In this document: piece after piece, positions 1-12,829 of the stretch
How the letters are laid out: every line of letters starts with the position of its first letter
Numbering within the stretch: position 1 is the stretch's first letter
DNA from: Eledone cirrhosa
Lineage: Eukaryota
NCBI GenBank assembly: GCA_964016885.1
Contig: OZ024741.1
Location: forward strand, 36,766,001-36,830,000
Direction: 5' to 3'
Length of the DNA: 64,000 bases
Notes under the pieces: generated by a model
Told to the model about the DNA's origin: nothing
Seen by the model: the letters and a program-made list of their open reading frames with translations, nothing else
Database searches by the model: none
Translations under genes and position numbers: made by a program

Positions 1-345
1 GTAAAGGATGTGGGATAGGGAGATCATATGATACCTGTGTACATAGTGTGGTGTTGTATGGTAGTGAGGCATGGGTATTGAATGTAAAGGATGTGGGATA
101 GGGAGATCATATGATACCTGTGTACATAGTGTGGTGTTGTATGGTAGTGAGGCATGGGTATTGAAGTGAAGGATGTGGGATAGGGAGATCATATGATACC
201 TGTGTACATAGTGTGGTGTTGTATGGTAGTGAGGCATGGGTATTGAATGTGAAGGATGTGGGATAGGGAGATCATATGATACCTGTGTACATAGTGTGGT
301 GTTGTATGGTAGTGAGGCATGGGTATTGAATGTAAAGGATGTGGG
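1..345. repeat. 83-bp tandem repeat, ~4 copies, decaying to ~500; runs off window start
   Basis: Unit gtaaaggatgtgggatagggagatc...gggtattgaat recurs at 1, 84, ~167, ~250. Confidence 0.95.
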
Positions 346-739
346 AAGGGTAGATTGAATGATGCTTTTATATGGAATGCAGGGTTGCATAAATATTGAA
401 TATAAAGGATGTGTGAAGGGTAGATTATATTATGCTTGTGTATGAAGTGCAATGTTGTATGGTAGTGAGGCATGGGTATTGAATACTGAGGATGTGTGAA
501 AGGTAAGAAGAAATGAAGTTACATGCTCCACCAGATGTTTGAAGTTAATGTTCATGAACAAGCTTAATCGGAACACAACTTTAAAATATTTTTACGTAAA
601 ATTCTGTTGGAAAGTTTTTACAAAAATGTAAACACTGTTTTTTATATCATAGAACTTGGGACAGTTTCAGGCTGTTTAGTATCAAAAGGGGTTAAAATAC
701 TTGTGTGAAATAATTCTTCCTAACAATGGCATAAGACCA

Positions 740-915
740 GCAGTTTAAGGGAGAGGAAAGTCGATTATATCATTCCTAGTATTTAATTGATATTTCATTT
801 TATTGACCCCAGAAAGGCACAGTTAACCATGGTGGGATTTGAAATCAAAATGTAGAAAGTTGAAACTAAACACCACACAGAATTTTGTTTGATGCTCTTA
901 CAACTATGGTCATGA
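740..915 (-). mobile_element. Degenerate Meta-domain SINE
   Basis: Reverse complement of the ttcaaatcccacc...gcctttc...ggggtcaataaaat motif seen in the copies at 2463 and 6947. Confidence 0.55.
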
Positions 916-1300
916 ATCTTGAGTAATGACCGAAAGAATATGATCGCGAATACAAGCGGCCGAAATGGGGTTCCTCTGAAGAGTCGTTGGAGTAACGTTA
1001 CTCGATAGTGTGTAGCTGGGAGATCAGAGAGTCACTCCAGGTAGACCCGCTACTTCTCCAAATTGAGAGATCACAGCTCCCATATTATGGGTATGTGGTT
1101 AGAATGTCTCAGGACAAAATCAGTGGACAGATTTTACAGGCAAAAACCAAGTGGTGGACCCCAAGCAAGATGGTCTCAATTAGGGATCCAGCTGGATCAG
1201 TTGGAGACGGTTTCTTCTGACAGGACCTGTTGGAAGGAGTGTTTGAGGACTCTGCCCCCACCACCCTCTCAGGAATAAGTGGGTGAAGTAGAAGAAGCTC
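908..1300 (+). mobile_element. 3' fragment of an older RTE-clade LINE
   Basis: Degenerate EMGFL.RVVGVTLLD...WEIRESLQVDPLLLQIERSQL.YYGYVVRM; (GAA)-type tail; related pieces at 15360-15480 and 58225-58400. Confidence 0.75.
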
Positions 1301-1421
1301 TAACAACTATGTCAATCCACCACCCTCTGTTTTGTGAAATAATAGCAATATCAATGTTGTCACTCTCATCCTAGTTGTTTAATATGTTCAATAAACCTTT
1401 CTTTTCTCTCTTTCTTTGTAG

Positions 1422-1556
1422 GTCCTCAGTCCATTTTATGTATTCCAGTTATTCAGTGTCATCCTGTGGATGGTAGATGAATATATTTATTATGCCTCCA
1501 GTATACTTTTCATCTCTATTGTGTCAATATGTACAGCTATTTATCAAACAAGAAAA
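1422..1556 (+). CDS. ATP13A3: P5B-type ATPase (ATP13A3-like) exon, TM1-TM2
   Basis: Polypyrimidine-AG / GTAAAT; [45 protein letters not shown] matches the P5B PFYxFQ...W..DEY motif; phase 0/0. Confidence 0.93.
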
Positions 1557-2243
1557 GTAAATTGTGTATTTTTTCCTTTCTCTTAACCTTTTGTTTTGTT
1601 GTTAGCATATTTTTAATAAAACACAATGACTATGATTTCAAATAATTTTGAAAATAATCAAGAATTTGGAGAGATTTAGTAATAAAACTAACTTTCTTGT
1701 TATTTATTTAGTGTTCAAAACCTAACTTAACAAATGTTCTTACATAAGATTATAATGGAAAGGTTTCAGCTGTATATAAATACTTTAAAACAAATAGCTT
1801 ACTATCATAGGATGAAGAGCAGTTTAGTATGAAAAAGATTAACCACTTGATTATTTTCATTTTTGAAAATAATCAAGAATTTGGAGAAATTTAGTTACAT
1901 AATTATCTCATTATTAATCTGATGTTAGGAAAATTACTTAAAGGTTTTTAATAAAATGTTGTAGTTTGCTGGAAGTATTGTATATAATATATAATGTTGA
2001 AAGAGATATAAGGCTAAACAATGTAAAATTGACTGTAAGATAAAGGTAACGAAAAAGTAAGTTACCTGGTAATCTTTGTTTTGTTTTTTTGTTGTTGCTG
2101 TTGTTTCTTTCATCCTTATATTAAAGGTTTTTATAAATATAAACACTTTAAAATTTATAGTTTTGTATTGTAGGAATAGACTTTTTCAGATAGAGTTTAT
2201 ATTAGAAGAGTTTAAACCTTACTTTGATCTTTTGTCCTTTTAG

Positions 2244-2307
2244 ATGCAGCGTGCTCTCCGTAACACCATTCATTCTTCTGCCATAGTTACAGTTTGCAGA
2301 GATAACA
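2244..2307 (+). CDS. ATP13A3: P5B ATPase exon
   Basis: TTTTAG / GTAAGT; MQRALRNTIHSSAIVTVCRDN+A; phase 1 end joins in frame to the exon at 44456. Confidence 0.88.
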
Positions 2308-2462
2308 GTAAGTTGATCTTACAATATTTAAATTTGCTGGGTTTTCATTTTTTTATTTTATTTCCTTATGTATGTGTGATCAAGTACCAGAAACGCACTG
2401 GGGTGGATTTCCTCTTCCCCCAAATTATTCCCCAAACCATTTTTATTATTGTTATTATTATT

Positions 2463-2700
2463 AGGGGTAGTGGATTGGCATAATCAGTAGAGCGTCGGAC
2501 AACTATGTTTAGCATAGAGTTACGGCCCTTTACGTTCTGAGTTCAAATCCTGCCGAGGTTAGCTTTGCCTTTCATCCTTATGGGGTCGATAAAATAAAGT
2601 ACCAGTATTGCACTGGGGTTGGTTTAATCAACTTTCCATTTCCCCAAAATTGTTGGCCTTGTGCCCAAATCAGAAACCATTATTATTATTATTATTATTA
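2463..2700 (+). mobile_element. tRNA-derived SINE with Meta-like central domain and (ATT)n tail
   Basis: A-box-like tggcataatcagt, B-box gagttcaaatcc, gcctttcatcct...ggggtcgataaaataaagtaccag core, ATT tail. Confidence 0.8.
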
Positions 2701-3784
2701 TTTATTTATTTGTATTCCTAGTTACTTCCCTGTCCTCTAGATAACCAGCATTCATTCTGACTGCTTTACTAAACTTAAACAATCTTTCCTTAAACTGCCA
2801 AAGTCAACTTTGCTCTTTAGTCTTTTTGAGGTTGATAAAAAGGTATCAGTACTGGGGCAGTAGATTGGCAGAATTGTCAATGAAACTGTATATGATCCAA
2901 ACTCTGTATATCCTGAATTCAAATTCTGCCTATTGTCACCAGCAGATAGTATTAGCAATAGAAAGACCAATGGAAACATTGTTTCCTTGGTTCAATCTAA
3001 TGATCGGCTCCTTTTCTTTCCTTAAACTTTGGCAACATTCTCTTCCTTGAAATTTGCTTGCTTATAATCTGTTATTATCTCTCTCTAAGCACAACCTGAA
3101 CCTATCTAAATACTTTTCCCTCTTTGTCCCAACCCCCAACTCCATTTTGAAATCAATTCATTCAAATCTTGCCACGATTAACTTTTTCTGTTTGTTTATA
3201 TTGCTAGTTAAACATTTTTTTTTAATCAAAATTCTATTTATATATATTTATTTAAAAATTTTTTTTTTTATTTGCAAATAATATTTATTAAATGTTAAAA
3301 TATTTTATTTCTAGTTATTTTCATATTTAATTTAATTAATTTATTATTTTTGCCTTATTTTAAAGTCTCTGAGGAATGTTTATTACTTTCTGCTGCTGCA
3401 GTTATGCATGGTTCTTCCAATCACTTGTAAAGCCCTTCTTCTGTATTCTGAGAAGTACCCTCATTCCTGTGGATGAAAGTGGTTCTGGAGAGAGTGACAG
3501 AATCTTCCAGTGGAATGTCGTATTTTATGATATAATATAATAATAACTTTAAAATGGAAACAAGACAATTAAAAAAATACTCAACAAAACAGATAGCCAT
3601 AATGATTCTATTTACAATTCACTTCCCTTATCTAACTTCCTCTATCTTACCAGGTTTGCATATTCACTATTACATTTACAATGAGTAATTTATATATATT
3701 TTTACTAACATTACTGTTATAGTCACATAGGAATACCTTATAGACATTTAGTACGTTTATAGCCATATAAAATAATTTATGTAT

Positions 3785-4800
3785 TTGCAGTCATATAGGA
3801 GTACTTTATATATATTTATTACTTTTGAGTCACATAGACTACTTGGTATATCTTTACTACTTGCAGTCATATAGGAGTACTTTATATATATTTATTACTT
3901 TTGAGTCACATAGACTACTTGGTATATCTTTACTACTTGCAGTCATATAGGAGTACTTTATATATATTTATTACTTTTGAGTCACATAGACTACTTGGTA
4001 TATCTTTACTACTTGCAGTCATATAGGAGTACTTTATATATATTTATTACTTTTGAGTCACATAGACTACTTGGTATATCTTTACTACTTGCAGTCATAT
4101 AGGAGTACTTTATATATATTTATTACTTTTGAGTCACATAGACTACTTGGTATATCTTTACTACTTGCAGTCATATAGGAGTACTTTATATATATTTATT
4201 ACTTTTGCAGTCACAGGAGTACTTGGTATATCTTTACTACTTGCAGTCATATAGGAGTACTTTATATATATTTATTACTTTTGCAGTCACATAGACTACT
4301 TGGTATATCTTTACTACTTGCAGTCATATAGGAGTACTTTATATATATTTATTACTTTTGAGTCACATAGACTACTTGGTATATCTTTACTATTTGCAGT
4401 CATATAGGAGTACTTTATATATATTTATTACTTTTGCAGTCACATAGACTACTTGGTATATCTTTACTACTTGCAGTCATATAGGAGTACTTTATATATA
4501 TTTATTACTTTTGCAGTCACAGGAGTACTTGGTATATCTTTACTACTTGCAGTCATATAGGAGTACTTTATATATATTTATTACTCTTGCAGTCACATAG
4601 GAGTACTTGGTATATCTTTACTACTTGCAGTCATATAGGAGTACTTTATATATATTTATTACTTTTGCAGTCACAGGAGTACTTGGTATATCTTTACTAC
4701 TTGCAGTCATATAGGAGTACTTTATATATATTTATTACTCTTGCAGTCACATAGGAGTACTTGGTATATCTTTACTACTTGTAGTCATATAGGAGTATCC
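3785..4800. repeat. 76-bp minisatellite (~13 copies) built from two related ~38-bp halves
   Basis: gcagtcatataggagtactttatatatatttattact / gagtcacatagactacttggtatatctttactact alternate; period 3787 to 3863. Confidence 0.95.
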
Positions 4801-5230
4801 TATATATATATCTCTTATACAAAATCACAGAGGGGTAGATTACTGTACAAGCTTCTCTCCCTGGGGACAACATTTTTTATTCTGACTGTAGTTTCAAAGT
4901 CCAAAGAATAAAGGATAGCTTTTCAATAGATTGATATGGCCACCGTTAACAGAATGGACTTCTATTCAGAGGATTTAATTCTGTAAGGTATAAGAAAATG
5001 ACAAAATATACCCGTGAATAGTATTGTGTTCAATTCTTCATTGAACAAGTGTGGTGTACGAAATTAATCCTGCACACATGCATAGCTCTATCAATAAGGT
5101 AAATATTCATATAAACAGACAAAAATGACAAGTCAAAATTGCCACTAGAAATAGCAGCCAAGTATTGATCCTCTTTCGGCTCATCATAGAAGGAGCAGCA
5201 AATTATACATAAGTAAAATACTTGTGTATA

Positions 5231-5263
<33 letters not shown>

Positions 5264-5725
5264 TATTTACTACTTTTACAGTCATATGGGAATACCTTAT
5301 ATATTTACAATTCTTACAATCATATATGAGTACCTTATACCTCTTAAAGGAGTATTTTTTCCAGTCATATGTGGAGTATCCTATATATAGTCACTACTCT
5401 TGTTGTCATATGTCAGTACCTTATAGTTAGTACTCTTACAATCGTATCTGATTAGTTTATACATATTTAATACTCTTAGTATCAGTAGCCATGTAGTCCA
5501 TCAGTCTTTCAATTTTAAAAGTATTTTTAGTTATTATAATATTCTACAATGCTTTTAGTCATTTTAATTAATTGGTAGACTTCCAAATTAAATCAATCTT
5601 CTTAAAATATTACAAATAACATAAATAATAACGATAAATAATAAATAATAAATAATAACGATAAAGCAAAACAAAATTAATAAATTTGTTCAGATCAGTA
5701 TTAATAACAACAACAATCACTTTAA

Positions 5726-5848
5726 CCCTTTAGCATTTAAACCTAGCTCATACTTATGTTAAGGTATTGTTCTCAAAATAAATAATATCAAAATCTCATA
5801 CAAGTGAAAATACAATAGTAAATATAGAGTAATGTTAATGCTAAAGGG
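5726..5848. mobile_element. piggyBac-type MITE, internally deleted
   Basis: TTAA|CCCTTTAGCATT ... AATGCTAAAGGG|TTA. Confidence 0.8.
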
Positions 5849-6946
5849 TTATGGCTGTTCTCTCTTCTAAAACAGGGTTTAGTCTTGTGGGTCACATAAC
5901 AGACTTAAAAATACTCATTAATGAGGTCCTTTCTGTTGCAATGTTTTATGGTGGCAACTCTTTTAGTTACCTAGGGAAGCTGTGTACATATTTTACAAGA
6001 TACACATTGTATAATAATACTGTATTTCTGAATAAATATTTTAGTTAATTTCTAAATATTGGGAGATTACTCTGGAACTATAAAAACAAAATAATTGGCT
6101 CATGCCGCTTTTTATGTCTCCTATAATAAGGTATTAAGGTAGCTTACTGCTGTACAATATAGACTTTATTATAGAAGACATATAAAAAGTGACATGAGCA
6201 CGGTGCTACTAACTTATAGAAAATAAAACTATATATACAATAAATAATTGGCTGTAGCACTAAGACAGTGTTTAAGCATAATAGAGGTATATATGAAAAC
6301 ATACATAATAAGTTTATATACAATAAACATAGCTTCAATGTCGAAGAAAAATATTTTTTATTGCATATCTCACAATGCTTTGTATTAACTGTACTACTAT
6401 TTTTTTGTTTTGTTACAAAAAAATAAAGTAGTACAGTTAACCTTGAGCACACTGAATTTTTTATGAATTGCTTCCCTTGACACTTCATTATGTATTAAGG
6501 GGAGATTACTCTATTGGTGACATAATGTGCCTGGAGCACCCAGAAGACTAATAAAAAGCATGGTGAGCTATGCAATAAACAATATTTTTCTTCAGCAGTG
6601 AGGCTACCTATATGTTTATTGAATATATTTGTCTTCATATACATCTCTGTTAAAAACAAAATAGTATAGTATATATGAAGCATTGTGAGATATGTGGTTA
6701 AAATAGTTTTAAGAAAGCTCATGCAATCATCATCATTTTATGTAACTTAGAAATATAGGAGTAAAAACGAGTTAAAAAAGCCACAATAAAACAACAATTT
6801 ATACTTTTACCTTATATTTCATAATATTTAGGGCAAAGCTGGGCTCTTTGTAAATTGTTGTTTTATTTTGTCACACTTTCACTCCTTTATTTCTAACTTG
6901 CATTGGACTGGCTTTCCTAAAACAATATAAACTATATTATGAATAA

Positions 6947-7328
6947 AAGGGCAGTGGATTGGCAGTATCGGTAGAGGTTCGGACGCCATGCTTTGACGCA
7001 TAGAGTTACGGCCCTTGCCATTTTGAGTTCAAGTCCCGCCGAGGTTAACTTTGCCTTTCATCCTTACGGGGTCGATAAAATAAAGTACCAGTAATGTACT
7101 GGGTAATTTCTGGCCTTGTGCCAATAGTAGAAACAATTATGAATAAAAGGGCGGTGGAGGGCCGGACACCATGCTTTCCAGCATAGAATTATGTCCCTTT
7201 ATGGTTTGAGTTCAAATCCCGCCGAGGTTAACTTTGCCTTTCATCCTTACAGGGTAGATAAAATAAAGTACCAGTAATTCACTGGGATAATTGCTGGCCT
7301 TCTGCCAAAAGTAGAAACAATTATTATG
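6947..7328 (+). mobile_element. Two tandem Meta-domain SINE copies
   Basis: Two repeats of gagttcaa.tcccgccgaggttaactttgcctttcatccttac.gggt.gataaaataaagtaccagt. Confidence 0.8.
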
Positions 7329-7577
7329 AATTAAATGTATATTTAACCCTTTTAATTCCAAATTGTCTGAAACTGATCTGGTTTTATGATACACATTTGC
7401 TCATTTTAAAATATTCATACTTATACTAAAACCGTCCATCATAATTTTATTTCAGAAATATTTGTTAAATAAGATTTCAAGCATCAACTTACTAATGTAA
7501 ATGGTAGTTATTTCAACAGTAATTGAAGCACATAGGGAGTATATTTCACTGGAAATATAGTAACAAAAGGGTTTATC

Positions 7578-7786
7578 CCTTTAACATTTAACCCGGCCAT
7601 ATCCAACTAGAATTCTCTCACCTCCTTCTGTTCAAACCAACTGTAACTCGCCACTGATATTGATGTTATGGTATTGTTCTCAAAGTAAATAAAATCAAAA
7701 TGTCATATATTCGATATTATGTGAGATAAAGACTTTACCACAAAAATACAGTAGTAAATATAGAGTAATGTAAATGCTAAAAGGGT
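7578..7786. mobile_element. piggyBac-type MITE, same family as 48788 and 61076
   Basis: ccctttaacattt ... aaatgctaaaaggg termini and shared internal sequence. Confidence 0.75.
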
Positions 7787-8127
7787 AAATAAGAAGTTGC
7801 TGGACAGTGTAGAGACAGTTCTCTATAAATTTGTTGACTTAGGTATTTTTAATAGGATGTATTAAGTACTGGATTTTGAAAATATTTCTCTTAATTTTTA
7901 ATAATTCAAAATTTAAATTATCTCCCTAAAAACATGTGATGAGCTGCATTCTTTATTCATAATCTCACTCTAGTTTATTTTGTGTGAGTAGGCACACACA
8001 CAGTTTTTTAGAATAGCTACACCATATTCCTCCATGTCGTAAGTGGTGACTAAAAGGGTTGATGTCAGGAAAGATATCTAGACGTTCAAATTGATGGCCT
8101 TGTGTCAATGTTAGAAGGAATTATTAT

Positions 8128-8345
8128 TGGCAGTATCAGTAGAGCATCAGACAACATGCTTCGCGACCTAGAGTTACGGCCCGTTACATTCCGAGTTCAA
8201 ATACCGCTGAGGTTAGCTTTACCTTTCATCCTCATGGGGTCGATAAAATAAAGTACCAGTAATGCACTGGAGTCGATTTAATTGACTTTCCCCTCCCCCA
8301 AAATTGTTTAGCCATATGCCTAACTCAGAAACAATTATTTCTATT
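8128..8345 (+). mobile_element. Meta-domain SINE
   Basis: Similar to 2463-2700 along its length. Confidence 0.8.
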
Positions 8346-9869
8346 ATTATTTTATTACTACCACCATCATCATCACTATAATTATTGTCACTACTACTAC
8401 TACTACTACTACTACAACTACTACTATAGAAATTCTTTAGGAAAAAAAATCTAAGAATTCTAATAATAATAATAATAACAACTGCAACTATAAGAGATCT
8501 CTTACCAGAATTCCACTGAAATCCACAGGAAGAATCCGAACTTGCAGGTCCGAGCTCATCCCCCGTGGATGAGTCACCTGGGTATGGAAGCGCGGTGGGG
8601 TTCTCGATATGAGTCTGTCAGTCGAGAGCCTGGCTGGCGACTAAGCAAGTCGGGACCCAGTGCCCAGGGGTATAACTGGGTACATTGTCTTCTATAACAA
8701 AAGGCTCCTTAGTAATCTGTTAAGGTGAAAGTGAAAACAAAAGGGTTTAAAAACAACCTTCATAATGGAAAAAAAACAAAACAAACGTTTTTGGTGCTGG
8801 AATTGGTTAAATTTCTTTGGTTTCTTTAATTTCTTTCTGTAACTGATCCATTTTTCTCTCCAAATTATTGGTGCCTAAATCATTAATGATTCAGCCAAAA
8901 CAAAATGTCTTCTTCATGTGTGCATGTATATATGTATGTGTGTATATATATCTATATATAAAAGAGAGCATTGTAGTTTGCTTGAAGTATTGTGTAAAAT
9001 GAAGAAAATACTGTTTTGTTTGAAAGCTACTATAGTGTGGATTGGACAGTAAATGTTAAAAATATAACAATGATGTTGGGGTGTTATCTTGCAGTTTTTT
9101 TATAGTTTCTTTATATTTCAGGATAAAATCTCTTTATCAAAAGGTTAATAGAAAAAAAACTAGTTCTGAGCTGTACATTTTTTGTCACTATTAAGCTGCA
9201 GCATTTGTTCTGGCTCTGTATTCTGAGTTTATATCCCGCCAAGGTCAACTTTGCTTTTCATCCTTTCAGTGTCAGTAAATAAAGTACCAGAATTTCAGAG
9301 GTGGGGGATTGGTGGAATTGTAAGAGCATCAGATGGGATGGATACCTTGTGGTAACTGTTCTCATTCTTTATGTTTTAATTTCAAATCCCCCCTCTTGTC
9401 ATCAGAAGCGTGGTAACACTTCTGCCAGGAGTTGTGACCAACAGATACAGCAATGGAAAGACCAATTGAAACATAGTTTCCTTGGTCCAATCTAATTTCC
9501 TTATTATTCAAGACTGACACATCATCATCATCATCATCAACTGCTGTAGCAGCAACAATATTAGTGGCGTTATGGATGGCTAGGATAAAAATTCATTAGA
9601 CATTTCAGTTTCATACCACCCACAACAACACAACAGTTTTAACCCTTTTGATACCAGACTACCTGAAACCATTCCTGGTTATATAATACAAAGTTGTTTA
9701 TTTTTAAACCTTTATATCTATATAAAAATCTTCCATCGTAATTTTATGTAAGAATATGTATTTTGTTATGCTCCAAATACCAACTTCATTATTATTGAAA
9801 ATTCTTCTTCTTCTGCTCCTTCTCCTCTTCCTCCTCCCTCATGTTATCCTTCCATTTTGCTTGTATCCT

Positions 9870-10530
9870 ACCTCTGGATCCTCTTCTAGTTGGCTTGGCT
9901 CATAAAATCTGTGCAGCAATTTGTAGACACTCTAACCACATGTATATAGTACTGGAGCTGTGATCTGTTGATTTGGAGAAATGATTGGAAGAAATGGCAA
10001 TCCTGATCTAAATATGAATGGAGAGGCCTTATTAGACTTCTATTCTAGGAATGGGCTCTCTGTTATGTACACTTTCTTCCAGTACAAAGACGGCTATAAT
10101 TATACATGATATAAGGGAAATTGGGGACTGATCAGTAATTTATTTTTTTTATTGTCCCTGATCTCTTTGATTCTGAACTGGATGTTCATGTTAAGTGAGG
10201 GGTTGAGTTGTCAACTGATCCCCAGCTAGTTATCTGCAGCCTGAGATGACCTAAAGTCAAGAAAAGCCACAAAACTGGCAGGTTCAGCTTGACCTTCAGG
10301 ATAAAGTGGGAATTGTTGAGTAATAAAGCAGTCACAACCAGGTATGTGGATACTATTGCATCCAAACTCAGAGGACATTGAAGCAAAGTTGAGACTATTC
10401 AGTTTGGCAGTTTCTGCTGCAGAGGAGAATGTCTTGGTGTGGTGTCGATTGGCATGAAGGCCCCCTGGTTCAATCAGGAGGTTAAAAATGTCATCCTAGC
10501 AAAGAAGGTTTACAAAGTTTGGCTTTGAAA
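9870..10530 (+). mobile_element. Highly degenerate RTE-like endonuclease fragment
   Basis: Remnant translation IGRNGNPDLNMNGEALLDFYSRNGLSVMYTFFQYK and LSTDPQLV, with stops and frameshifts. Confidence 0.6.
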
Positions 10531-10760
10531 AAGAAAATTAGTTACAATTACTAAATCTAAATTTTTGATTATTTCAAAAATTATTTGAATATTATATGCA
10601 GTGTTTTTCATTAGAAATATTGTAGCAAAAGGTTTAAGGCCATTTCAAATTATCTGAGTAATTAATTCCAGAACTTTCTTTTATCTACCAAAAGGGTTTT
10701 CAATAAAAGTATTTTATGAATGTTAGACACTTAGAAGTAGAAAAATCCCCCTTCCCACAA

Positions 10761-11671
10761 TCTATATATATAAAACTGTGGTTGTCTGTCTGTCTATCGA
10801 TTTTTGGCACACATCTCCTCTTAGAATCTCTCACGGAATTGCACCGAAATTGCTATACTTGTACATTGAGCCCTAGCGAAGACATCGGAAAAAAAATATT
10901 TCAAATTGACCCACCCTATGTGACGAAATCGAATATAATGTATCGATTTTTGAGCGTAAGTTATCAGTTATTTCCCTTTGTTCTGTTTACATTGAGCGTC
11001 TTACGTAAAAAATTACGCTGGCTTTCTCAGCGTTTAAAATGACATTAACACAATACACGAACAGTTGTCGAGCCAGCAAAATATTGACCTGCAAAATTCA
11101 TCAGTTCGAACACTAAGCTTCCGTTTTGCTTCATTTCCATTTAAAAGCATTTTAAAACAATATTTTTACTTGAAAACAAGTCTATTTAAAGACTACGTAA
11201 AACAAGCAAATATTTCGTCGTTAGGCGTGCAGACAAACAGTCGTGCAGACAGACAGTCGTGCAGAGAGGTGATATAGGCGTGCAGACAGACAGTCGTGCA
11301 GAGAGGTGATATAGGCGTGCAGACAGACAGTCGTGCAGAGAGGTGATATAGGCGTGCAGACAGACATAACTGATAATTTGGTTACGCTAATGTTTTTCTC
11401 TGCGTTGCAGTGTTTACATTTTCGATCTTTGTTAATAAATAACCAGTGCAGTTTCTATCCCCAGCATCCTCTTTTGTTATAACATTCGGGTTATCGTTAT
11501 GTTTTCTTAACTTCATAAGGCATATTGTTGGTTGAGGGAATATTAATCAAAAACACCACATGCAAGTCTGCACAGTAGACACTACAGTTTTTAAGCCAAG
11601 AAAGAAACTTAACATTGTAACTTTAACACAGCTACTGAGCGACCCCGAGCAACACCGGGCTTTACTGCTAG
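10761..11671 (+). mobile_element. Non-autonomous Helitron
   Basis: A|TCTATATATATAAAA 5' end; subterminal hairpin CCCG-agcaaca-CCGGG; CTAG|T 3' end; no TSD; internal 37-bp tandem repeat at 11224-11367. Confidence 0.88.
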
Positions 11672-12357
11672 TTATATATAAACCTCTTTCAATTTAAGAT
11701 CACAGACATTTCCAGTAATCTCCATTATTCTCTGTTGGTGACAATGACACAGGAATTTTGCTGGTTCATTCGTCATAAAGAAAGCAATATTTGAAATGTG
11801 TTAGATATTACTATCCTATAATTTAATTTTTACCCATTTTCTTTGGTGAGTGTTTTCCTTTCATAATAAATCAATCCGACTTTATCATATAACAAGAAAT
11901 CAGATATCATTCACTTTCTTTTCATCACTTTCATTTGCTTCACGGTTGTTCAAGAATATTGCTGATTGTCTTTATGGAGATTACTTGAAGTGTCTGTGAT
12001 CTTAAATCGAATGATTACCATTTTTTAATGTTGTTTTTGGTGCAGCACAGCAAGAGATGGGATCTCTGTAACATCATAGACTTCATACTTTTTTTTTTTT
12101 TCAACCTCCATCCTCCCTCCTAGAACTGATGTAGTTAACTCATCATTTTTAGTTCCATTTTATACCCCCCCCCCCCTCCAGCCCCACTTCAATCAATCAA
12201 GCATCTCAACAATAACTGAGAATCACAATTCCTTGCTTGCCATGCTACCGTGGAAGAACTCTTCACTAAGCATGCCTTCAATATTTGCATCAATAACATG
12301 TACTTTTGATCATCAGAAGTGTGTGCGTGTGTGTTTGTGTGTGTGCATATGTCAGTG

Positions 12358-12600
12358 AAGGCATGTAGCTTAGTGGTTAGGGTGTTTGGCTCATAAACTT
12401 ATGGTTGAGAATTTGCTTTTCAGTTGTACATTGTGTTCTTGAGCAAGACACTTTATTTCATATTGCTCCTGTACACTCATCTGGCAAAACTGAGTGGTTT
12501 CAGTAATTCAAAGGACCAGCCTTGTCACACACTGTCATGCTGAATATCCCTGAAAACTGTGTTGGGGAACATGTGTCTATGGAACACTTGATGCAAGTCA
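12358..12600 (+). mobile_element. tRNA-derived SINE (cttgagcaagacactt body)
   Basis: tagcttagtggttag A-box; body shared with the 16353 copy. Confidence 0.7.
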
Positions 12601-12829
12601 TGTGCTTATGTGTGAGCATATGAAGGTGTTTGTGTGTATGCATGTGCGTTTGCATGCACTGCTGTAGAGCAGTAGGAATTTCATTGCAAACCAAAATACC
12701 AAGTCCACCACTCAGGTGCCCAACAAGGTTGCCATGGCTCTTCTGTTATAGGTCACAATGGAGGAATTCAAGACTAGTTGTCTATTGGTATTTATGTATT
12801 CCAGTAACATAGTTCTTGTAGCTGCATTA

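Noticed and set aside
3785-4800. Regular repeats resembling a CRISPR array (also 1-345 and 17565-18085)
   Set aside because: No unique spacers, no cas genes, eukaryotic intron; these are minisatellites
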